DNA of 32,000 nucleotides from Chlamydiota bacterium (GTDB lineage Bacteria; Auribacterota; JACPWU01): NCBI GenBank assembly GCA_016196885.1, contig JACPWU010000003.1, positions 1 to 32,000 of the forward strand, read 5' to 3'. Shown piece by piece: positions 29,901 to 32,000 of this stretch (position 1 is its first letter; each line of letters starts with the position of its first letter). The notes under the pieces were generated by a model. It saw only the letters and a program-made list of their open reading frames with translations, ran no database searches and was not told where the DNA came from. The position numbers and the translations under genes were made by a program.

Positions 29901-32000
29901 AAGGAAGAGAAGAATCTCTCAACGGGAAAGAACTTTCAGAGGCAGAATATCGGAAGACTCCTGAATACAAGGCCCATCATGATTTTGCGATGAACATAGC
30001 CTTGATAGGATTGATCACATTTGTCGCAGGGGTGATTTTCACACAAGTGACAGGTTTTTCTTTCACATTTCCCTTGTTTATTCTCCTCGAGGTAGTTTCT
30101 ATCGTAGTTCCTTCGCTCATTCATGCCATCCATGACATTCGCTTCTGGTTCGGTCATGAAGAATTGACCTTGCATAGTGCGGGCAATGTGTCATTGCAAG
30201 ACCTGACCCCAAATAGACTGCTTCAGAAATATTTGGATGAAGGGACCATGCTTCAGATAACACTTGTAAATGGAGCGGGTATACGCGTTTTATTCGGTCA
30301 GATTGAGAAGATAGAAGTTTCCGGATATTCCCCAGTTTTTTATTTGAAGGGGTCCCTTTTGCCAGTTCCTATTCAAGATAATGTCAAAGTTAAACCTGTT
30401 ACAAAAGCTGAAATCTATAAATCGGTTAGAAAATCTTTGGGGGAACTTGCAGGCGAGTCGTATTTTGGGAAGAAGTTTTTAAAAACATTGATAGAAATTC
30501 CAGATGCCATCAACAAGTTTCTGAGTGGGGTGGATAGCCATGGTCAGCTAGAGTTGAAAGAGAGATTTCCAACAGCTGCTCAGTCTTATCAAGGTGCGCT
30601 CGCAGCATGCTTTTCTGAAAAGGGGAGTACAAAGCTTGCTTATCTATTGATGAGACAATATAAATTGCCTGATGATCTTCGAAAAAGGGACAGCATTCCC
30701 TTTCTTTTCGATGAAAAATTGTCAGAAACGGGAGGGCTTTCAAAATGGGTGGAAGATGTATTTGTTTTAGAGGGAGAAGCTTTTGAAACTTTGATCAATC
30801 AGCAATATGAATCAAGTGTCCGATATATTGGGGGAGTATCAGCGATGAAAATGGATGATTTCATTCGGGATGTTGAAGGGGATAAATCAAAATTCAAGAT
30901 GTCTCTCATTCATGCGCTGGTGGTCTCTTATAAGGATCTCGAAGGTCGAATGCCTATCGAGACATTTAAGACTCTGCTCGTCAGAGTTGTCATGGAGGCT
31001 TATACGGAATCTCACCTGAAGAATGCGCATCACGCCTTAACCATTGGTTTAGGACTATTGAGGGAAATGAAGTCACCCAAGACATTTTTCAGAGTCTTGT
31101 ATCATGAATTTGGGCATAACCTCCTAGAAATGGTTCATTATTTAGAATACAAAACTTTCTTAGAAAAAGCCCAGAACGAATTAATCAGTGATTTAATGAT
31201 GTGTTCTGTCCAGGGTGAGGGCGTTCATGATATTCGAGAGGCGATTGGATTTTTACAATATGCTTCTGCCGGTATGACGGCCGATGTTAATCGGGGTCAG
31301 GCGTTTAGTCCTCATGATTTGGCAAGGGCCCAATTGATGAAATTATTCAACAGAATTGGAGAGGCAAATGAGCGCCGTGCAAAACAAGGACTTCCAGCGG
31401 TTCGATTGAACTTTAAAGAGTTATTGTTCAGTGCACTGGAGCTGGGTTTTGATGAAAAAGGTGATTTTTCACAGTGGTTTAATCAAGTGATTCAAAAGGC
31501 GTTACGTCCTCAAAAGACTTTTGTGCTGGAAGGGGGAGTAACAGTTTTTTCTCAACAGCAATTAATGACACGATGGGATAAGTTTAAAAGAATAGCCCTC
31601 CTCTCTCTTTATGGTTTAATCCCCGTCGTAGTACTTCCCATCATTATTTTATATAGGTTGCGTATTTTAAAGAAGTCCTTCCTTCAAAATTTTGTTCATT
31701 GGATGAGGGCATTCATCGGTAAACGAGGCCAAGTGAACTCACTGGATTGGCTGCCGGGAGAATTAGAACATCTTGACGTTTCAAGAGGAGTACGATTGTC
31801 AGAAGTGACTGCCAAACGCATTGGAACTCGAGCAAATGAAAAAGATGTCAAATGGGATCGGAGCAATGAAGTTGATATTACAAATGAAGTGCAGGCATCT
31901 TTAATCGAAGTGATTCAGGTTGTGCTTGGAAATGCTCATGTGGATGAGGATGCCACAAGAGCGCCACCGGGTCTGGAAAGACATTCTACATACGAACAAA
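16385..32000 (+). CDS. Giant multi-domain membrane-associated protein 2. It is 3'-partial (more than 5205 codons) and continues beyond the window.
   Basis: The ATG at 16385 has an in-frame TAA at 16367-16369 and GGGAGG upstream. I hand-translated the frame (positions congruent to 2 mod 3) and found it open to base 31999. This agrees with the track, which lists no plus-strand ORF in this frame after 16190. The N-terminus MKMVNSFLKRVISSITLLAFLC... is paralogous to giant 1. Confidence 0.85.
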   Translation, partial: MKMVNSFLKRVISSITLLAFLCMDEGSLFASTLAPQTHVTDVPLQLSSDIFIPKELASVVEKYEALGAHHTVILFQDVHAQREAQKSSAATLDYLAQKYGLRLVGMEAASGAVDVASFRDFRDKNILKNVTEKYLGRGELSGAEFQAINGAQTFELYGIENLEAYLKNYHAYRDSFALRQELKEKIQGLKDFLSRIQEYVYSSSVQAFAKKFQDYGEHKINLEKFIPFLMSEAQNAGVRSDSSSLLTLYLKVLDAKKKVDFKALHDEMAQLLVSLQGKVDEDELSKFLELTLTYRLNEISPLEFYQTVKRLMDNSRLTTHDSQLPYPNIQHYMEYLELDLQVNDLRLFDEIRSLSEKVLIAKCQTDEEKLLCRYEMFVSMLTRVADLALSKSEYATYVAGHGKLIPEMIHFIRKEADEYLMDQNLEALNYPFEEKLSKVETYYQAALERDEEMKARLIDRLKNEKSEVSALIAGGFHTQSLTQALKDAGYSYQVVIPTFDATKPDHYQDVMMGKKTPFEKWLYDNVIQLTPPTPLTLRGEKNTDVHFEVSGGRGRVSNRSFLTKGASHVTRDGLLMTPSMLVRYGDEEVDAQGYLRELCMHLEMLAGLIKARFTDEGEALDLERLRSDLAFSSPSSESLVFPSLDGRGKGRVVSNPPPNLSSSSSSPSNLSSSSFSPLNLRGARGVIHPLAILDFTHLSLRTSGASRQILVPIRNSNRVLVLDPAGFIVEENGDFKGLAVELLTQLKSRIFRRRSAVLGLGLLGLIAVNVVRAEGLPSAPPSGTVQKIGGESEGAADQLVNERADLAKIERILRATGLKQSDYDSAISKLRDLVNNHSEIITASTLDALLSMPPDVLKKTDSPYFTEFFKNILQRRQDFANEALLQKLLSNYDKGLNEKKVEEEPYLEVDIRSMWAYTIHILGEIKPDLIVDGTLPYFMKSIPPSVLGSGFVQRQFYFSPAFTRLTENRSDEVKYSLSLSAYLFLTRGGYPLNENNIEKMVQFLIEKRERMAEDVVLGPAHTVIGVVNNTVGAGAEYVIENLAGWAKVPHNSVHSFRVSPLWWDLISTKMWLANQIIKNQGPLFVNLYFHGNDHELEVGVYEGLLGGVKAVYLTDQELAEALKAREKSGKRVDEVVFFLNACEGRFGANLEMDLSRLGVKTYPKILQAAHYDSFASSGVFSVPFHEISVKHPDIDGLKVKYVYEAAEYAFQQGEDYLFLVSVPEADVDRLKASLTQDPVPASSVTLPFFPTVPPALPDGVIELGSLVLPSVKSTPTQTTSLASRISSPLGMALLSQPLILLLTTLPAAARGLGEGIFKDGSFMTSLSPLEIFLSWWPLVILGGSIGAVMFYRYYRPQLKEISERVGRWKSQLTFGSPLADLGKCVTADTLLPILRKRGAIGLDLGEKEETELYYSEVIPIVQVRSGDYVYSLNEGTGQVEPHRIVGLLDMGIKPVFKLTTESGRSIKTTANHPYLKKLGAEGWGLGAKNKLGAGRSNQVDTARDHFLHLREQTEVFRPRDTGNFQIVQDDKDGNGLVAWNDQRTKCAWLCINPVIPFFSGELKSSPFEDTAEHLIGNRCDFRIHVDASESDLTMFSDDQGRRDPFFSGRIFLYESIFTENILKGAHAFAFLEEKSDGFLASFPGFVHAIPATGDRKLRAKANVGLPLFKHQQSEIKSHHGSIVAHPSEKIKRQSRRIKTTANHPYLNKMDRGSWILDCVSTYFPSSIIHHPSSFSKWTKVSALQVGDEIAVSKEKLPSSISVLSSVNAINDNFCEFNVKENAIFTEFGSHSNILWDPIVSIESVGFEHVYDIEVEGTHNFVGNGIFAHNTAIFATPTPQTLSQATSNIVGEKLLDEFEKLNGDRPLQEISISEKSGQVLEPLRQALEGHEDAKYMMVRIDVELSQGVVNHVIVIDTVENLRRDVLQLTQGSLDLARISHHISAASANSASSASSDSVGHAQHIAKYASHGLGRLPRIQGRPDALATKSDEKCGLEGFEFILNYSEHGAREEQGVGETLVFLHNITLGTSGQSLLRGRGLMSSVISQWARYLAESTLSGRLTLATDAKHPATISLFKKHFLAHAPSDLEKISLKDRFKVDVEYTTVHPLFGSLPIGLRDAQRPVKIKSLGEIKLVNGTYEVEIPSGVLPENQEGRIVTEINETLRDVSDWLKQSTLSRISGFRMPETLDLSVASFFESLAGSTPERGEQRAGLILARELLAIQDPQGRRQLMRLAILHELASLIWPSLIWPEHRRGRSGDILMEVDAHYLADMMSGESGDASIQAIHGVLSSYAEGQTIVRDRVYASKNPIDVAIYDYYQFTQLVREFRSQIISNQPVPELISYARFMTSRRKDMDARSVVDERVERIKTGQNLSSDDPSRIKDRLNALVRELESDDALALLDRKLEVGDDVVNFYWRGTGDEETIGLKQANDEIWGYGLTNQLISVVQKGALTLMEESGLVELTLETDDKGVLHIKNGRDLIRKNYKSTVFRVAQDRRVGDYELRLGNIQLQLNDALNRYVRGEETALLGKPDEAIVSRFHQSVRDPKKKIQIDFGIGTVRGGDLRSKVEADSEAIKAAIMAHHSEARRFDQETFEAGIEEAVKIKNILIEARFSLFTASGELDSDTFDHLRKWEKFEKSQHDTWSGVLGQSSMTLTDVQSSVSEGMSYPEFLESRNASGLLQNHLLRKLYHYHLAKHFFEWVGIVDYIKEWQSDALKAQERSRQVNDALKYIQENRSEYEKIIGKLSEGVPSLETHEASLRESMEEKIRLAQSLLSSDRKIPGCTSRRVFDARAFSHSEKGMVFINLDVKGMGRENFKDFLKRVEKIHELIQQKKSNPSLTETVNEQILSQTLIAGDTVTENFVKVGKKAVGVIAERLKERPDLLNQMGIFLNSDGSIDEEKTLNLVEVGGDELTFAIPQEALQLIGEEGLSQIQVEAGTRMMVSPVEKERVDRRDEVNYGLAIAKLDEGTALAKELEALGFKDFFVRRLFDETTKEYFWKAFFRNAEGNIEEREMGWRPDMARGDVGHGMLAMRPYQITRFQEHLRSPRTPMFDAAQYLKGLLSDSGYSSSVVSLSSEDFRSLMMEIENGIFQAGYFVPGFDFGDEDRLRQLKSLKSEVVRVRGVNRNLPPEGVEVKNIEAAIDQLVNDIVQHPEVNLLIITGVPGAGKGVFSKALRQRLESTLQSIGSDRTVQLIERDKCFSPSGGWYRAEEEYDPDTIYDVEGPVFAGEMIEEFRTHMVNGVPPLRAEQIRRIGIFAPIDQIRGQLAERGRTLEVDHTTDVQLAAELDTRFDYWYFGEDFSKYTLMVDNTRASGSTGESGHEGGSGAETLGETLSRGIPTETVAGAHPVSTPQNRGASSKLNLSASTPAIPKEARHGKPGKEPQKGFAMIETFVRALSGGSAVMFFVFLGCFGSALSVLVGGRSNMPTNTNIEDITFQNRGASSKRGSISLDERGGVRPLTRTTTIGRLGSRSWLNLANAILSLLYSGLSSIWKTINASFGTFPANLSSLNMSLLHSVVSSMVLWVKLSSRIIIHPLLNVSVSVEAPVDFKILFSNRQGFVQVNQPHGRFFDGTARPVQVTMGEIVRRVITNDWLPTVPTPILQLYHKFHDLLSKSLVPMSQSAIPGQEVDHEAANLSHPLSLSHAPGYVNEAGRDLLTSTSTKAAGGTHPLSSNRVTEILGKMKERGIQGRVIARDDSRFKGIESKTDDFLRPLGLAGEGNKGLESMTVFDEVDLSYTSTDGTEVHVSLKKGDSVFTVTETQKGESRTTQIVAFRDDEGGVYTTARFWDQASDEAWVELCVHEISEVNAKTNQKIISALNQIQVDSTGPDARVEFFKRFYVSLTIQNNQITSLKSSNESDPAHVLAEFLEVVRTLQVLRQPITTENVLRTVSVLDQNIGGLSQGLSKNPLVGQEPTHRFSNSNAEFVDSEKLKRLRGLAELFYEAYTDAFEANRLSQGEAKWTEKDIFITDPLTNQKMTIQDLENIELQLSVGEKKTEAIQGEYRPYRRRIANLKGVKRLSLQDAYGPMLRKVQSELSQGKQSVVLRIGGRSGTGKTSIADEMGKWGLGPILPSEISVLHADDLVGFDSMRLAVEVEKKKGKKLIILEGTYSLRGREMIFEENAPEIEADVQVFVELHEDTRVQRLFERAHFRDRSWIAYMDRVIKDREDILRVASRYLPESLEKRIVDTVQQVDGEKNVAKAGGYYKAAKKLLLEHLLAVRTQGANSMFDFARVENLIDRYTIDQERRTADIIIKNDQYNTGLGVLADNQSLIFRDSLKRLSSLLPSIQKNKDEIVTLIITLVRDFSSNPIILGIEDLFQQEGTTQRLTTMKTDPLRKWVEKFLILPAHVSQLSRLVRTSLRETSRNPSFLHSTLGDKPRDEVKRWIDQNADFVERYAPIRRGLSQFMRRYSLGAANILGGLSVGFSRETWYRIFAIGFVGSLISGMAAFVLSLSSDRLGFAILSGLAITLLTSVVVDDMAMSFAEAHYVVTSENYLAGKGREESLNGKELSEAEYRKTPEYKAHHDFAMNIALIGLITFVAGVIFTQVTGFSFTFPLFILLEVVSIVVPSLIHAIHDIRFWFGHEELTLHSAGNVSLQDLTPNRLLQKYLDEGTMLQITLVNGAGIRVLFGQIEKIEVSGYSPVFYLKGSLLPVPIQDNVKVKPVTKAEIYKSVRKSLGELAGESYFGKKFLKTLIEIPDAINKFLSGVDSHGQLELKERFPTAAQSYQGALAACFSEKGSTKLAYLLMRQYKLPDDLRKRDSIPFLFDEKLSETGGLSKWVEDVFVLEGEAFETLINQQYESSVRYIGGVSAMKMDDFIRDVEGDKSKFKMSLIHALVVSYKDLEGRMPIETFKTLLVRVVMEAYTESHLKNAHHALTIGLGLLREMKSPKTFFRVLYHEFGHNLLEMVHYLEYKTFLEKAQNELISDLMMCSVQGEGVHDIREAIGFLQYASAGMTADVNRGQAFSPHDLARAQLMKLFNRIGEANERRAKQGLPAVRLNFKELLFSALELGFDEKGDFSQWFNQVIQKALRPQKTFVLEGGVTVFSQQQLMTRWDKFKRIALLSLYGLIPVVVLPIIILYRLRILKKSFLQNFVHWMRAFIGKRGQVNSLDWLPGELEHLDVSRGVRLSEVTAKRIGTRANEKDVKWDRSNEVDITNEVQASLIEVIQVVLGNAHVDEDATRAPPGLERHSTYEQ
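17982..18002. repeat. In-frame GC hairpin CCCCTCTTA-ctt-TAAGAGGGG.
   Basis: Read directly. It encodes part of PPTPLTLRGEK in giant 2. Confidence 0.6.
18290..18441. repeat. Cluster of in-frame hairpin and tandem repeats inside giant 2.
   Basis: The hairpin arms CCCCTCCC / GGGAGGGG are at 18307-18314 and 18320-18327. A tandem unit CCCCCT(C)TAATTTAAGTTCATCCTCTTYTT occurs at 18353-18380 and 18381-18410. The palindromic element CCCCCCTTAATTTAAGGGGGGCTAGGGGGGT at 18411-18441 is the reverse complement of 2409-2440. Confidence 0.75.
19400..19920 (+). other. Caspase/CHAT-like (clan CD-like) cysteine peptidase signature, tentative.
   Basis: VNLYFHGNDHE has its His codon at 19652-19654. It is followed 52 residues later by EVVFFLNACEGRF, with the Cys codon at 19808-19810. 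This fits a His-Gly ... hydrophobic strand-Ala-Cys dyad pattern. Confidence 0.35.
20772..20809 (+). repeat. Direct repeat, copy 1 (the intein block B coding sequence), left boundary of the hicBA insertion.
   Basis: GTAGAAGCATCAAGACGACAGCGAATCATCCTTATTTA compares with copy 2 at 21465-21502, GTAGAAGGATCAAGACGACAGCAAATCATCCGTATCTT. There are a few mismatches. The offset is 693 nt, or 231 codons. Confidence 0.8.
20903..21136 (-). CDS. hicA: HicA-family mRNA interferase toxin (YcfA-like).
   Basis: The 77-aa sequence ...VLCRVFERAGFQLSREEGDHRIYTKPGTLRPLVIPRYKAIPVFIILNNLKVASISRAEYFRLL matches the HicA pattern (GF..vrq.GSH.i...pg....v.iP.h..l..g.l..ilk.agis..ef..ll). Confidence 0.8.
   Translation of the reverse strand: MYSKITPISYQVLCRVFERAGFQLSREEGDHRIYTKPGTLRPLVIPRYKAIPVFIILNNLKVASISRAEYFRLLSQV
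21146..21421 (-). CDS. hicB: HicB-family antitoxin (UPF0150-like N-domain).
   Basis: MMRLDFTLLVFKEGKTYVSFCPELSVTSCGDSVDEARERGKEAVRLFLEE is the typical HicB N-terminal fold signature. The start at 21421 is supported by TACAAT 6 nt upstream. The track ORF extends to 21493, which I judge to be a spurious extension. Confidence 0.75.
   Translation of the reverse strand: MMRLDFTLLVFKEGKTYVSFCPELSVTSCGDSVDEARERGKEAVRLFLEESKRMGTLEDILREDGFIEKDSSRKEWIAPPLIVTEHSQVAL
21428..21462 (-). promoter_or_regulatory. Candidate promoter for hicB-hicA with an extended -10 (TGCTACAAT). It would give a leaderless or near-leaderless mRNA.
   Basis: The minus strand reads ...GTGTGCTACAAT-GGATCC-ATGATG. The -10 lies at 21428-21433. 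The -35 is weak (TTTATT at a 17-nt spacing). Confidence 0.4.
21465..21502 (+). repeat. Direct repeat, copy 2 (a second TTANHPYL coding block), right boundary of the hicBA insertion.
   Basis: See 20772-20809. Confidence 0.8.
21511..21538 (+). repeat. Heptanucleotide tandem repeat GGATCGT GGATCGT GGATTCT GGATTGT.
   Basis: Read directly. It lies inside the intein coding frame. Confidence 0.7.
21554..21583 (+). repeat. Perfect heptanucleotide tandem repeat (CCATCAT)x4 plus CC.
   Basis: Units are at 21554, 21561, 21568 and 21575. It translates as SSIIHHPSS within the intein. Confidence 0.85.
22245..22367. repeat. In-frame copy of the composite repeat seen at 1559-1647.
   Basis: See 1559-1647. 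It encodes ...SDSVGHAQHIAKY...ATKSDEKCGLE in giant 2. Confidence 0.7.
22370..22640 (+). other. GNAT-like acetyltransferase signature, tentative.
   Basis: LLRGRGLMSSVISQWARYLAES...GRLTLATDAKHPATISLFKKHF resembles GNAT motif A (R/Q-x-x-G-x-G/A) followed by the ...A..lY.k.GF segment. Confidence 0.35.
24790..25200 (+). other. GGDEF-like / nucleotide-cyclase palm signature, tentative.
   Basis: Motifs are MVFINLDVKGMGRENFKDF, IAGDTVTENF and LVEVGGDELTFAIP (GGDEL at 25115-25129). The spacing between motifs is longer than in canonical GGDEF. Confidence 0.3.
25850..26330 (+). other. P-loop NTPase/kinase-like module 1.
   Basis: The Walker A-like LLIITGVPGAGKGVFSKAL (25877-25900) has the GxPGxGKG pattern seen in adenylate-kinase-type P-loops. 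Confidence 0.45.
26452..26477 (+). repeat. 26-nt perfect direct repeat, copy 1 (TCAAAACCGAGGAGCGAGTTCCAAAC).
   Basis: It is identical to 26707-26732. The offset is 255 nt, or 85 codons. Both copies encode QNRGASSK in giant 2. Confidence 0.85.
26707..26732 (+). repeat. 26-nt perfect direct repeat, copy 2. It overlaps the 3' end, including the stop codon, of the minus-strand gene 26707..26994.
   Basis: See 26452-26477. Confidence 0.85.
26707..26994 (-). CDS. Small protein of unknown function (95 aa), downstream member of the antisense-nested gene pair.
   Basis: The ORF has a protein-like, non-repetitive composition (…ALIVFQIEDNPEYNKESMALARFSHEREPNRPIVVVRVKG…). Its ATG overlaps the upstream gene's stop by 11 nt, an operon-style coupling. 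I could not assign a family. Confidence 0.55.
   Translation of the reverse strand: MMREESFTHKTIELTTEWSKLMLSDDKLAGKVPNEALIVFQIEDNPEYNKESMALARFSHEREPNRPIVVVRVKGLTPPLSSRLIDPRLELAPRF
26984..27313 (-). CDS. Small protein of unknown function (109 aa), upstream member of the antisense-nested gene pair.
   Basis: The ORF has a globular-looking sequence and a His-rich motif, WEPIVRYDTAHDFAHRDLY. A near-consensus promoter lies immediately upstream. I could not assign a family. Confidence 0.6.
   Translation of the reverse strand: MAQIRSFVVDLLPRDCRLRHWHQRFGKQVVEFVVQLEYWSGNGWEPIVRYDTAHDFAHRDLYRPGRAVEKTPMGLVDLNEALTIAEQDLKINWRLYRDRYIKERMNYDA
27320..27348 (-). promoter_or_regulatory. Candidate sigma70-like promoter TTGACA-N17-TAGACT, ending 6 nt upstream of the ATG at 27313 (leaderless-type).
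   Basis: The minus strand reads CATTGACATATCCTGGGGCATGCGATAGACTTAGCGGATG. The -35 is at 27343-27348 and the -10 at 27320-27325. Confidence 0.45.
28520..28900 (+). other. Uridine-kinase/phosphoribulokinase-like P-loop kinase module 2.
   Basis: Motifs are VVLRIGGRSGTGKTSIADEM (Walker A at 28544-28570), ISVLHADDLV, KKLIILEGTYSL and DVQVFVELHEDTRVQRLFERAHFRD. This is the same motif order as Udk/PRK-family kinases. Confidence 0.55.
31103..31117 (+). other. HExxH zinc-metallopeptidase motif (HEFGH).
   Basis: In-frame CAT GAA TTT GGG CAT, in the context FFRVLYHEFGHNLLEMV. This is a motif-level call only. Confidence 0.35.

Overview
The window is dominated by two tandem, same-strand, paralogous giant genes. 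Giant 1 (1710..15335, about 4540 aa) is complete. Giant 2 (16385..>32000, more than 5200 codons) runs off the window; it is missing from the ORF track only because it never reaches a stop codon. Both open with a signal/anchor helix and a shared N-terminal module of about 530 aa, then diverge into multi-TM, multi-enzyme megaproteins. Giant 1 carries a degenerate PP2C, a Hanks-type Ser/Thr kinase, an intact PP2C and a STAS-like tail. Giant 2 carries a caspase/CHAT-like His-Cys dyad, a canonical intein (Cys1 ... His-Asn|Thr), a GNAT-like motif, a GGDEF-like palm signature, two P-loop kinase-like modules and an HEFGH zincin motif. The most unusual observation is two small two-gene cassettes lying antisense and entirely inside giant 2. 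One is a hicB-hicA toxin-antitoxin pair inside the intein; the other is an unassigned overlapping pair at 26707..27313. Each has its own sigma70-like promoter ending 6 nt from its ATG and is associated with in-frame direct repeats. The giant reading frame stays open across both cassettes (about 200 codons each). Also present are an mntA-hepT TA pair, an iteron-like array of ten ACGTCCCCTAAA boxes, and dispersed GC-hairpin (MITE-like) repeats found both in leaders and in frame inside both giant genes. A small minus-strand island between the giants holds a DUF5678-like gene and a frameshifted retropepsin-like protease. I saw no rRNA, tRNA or CRISPR. The style (giant genes plus these repeat families) is reminiscent of Omnitrophota-like or candidate-phylum genomes, but that is inference only. 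All domain calls are motif-level readings by eye, not database hits.
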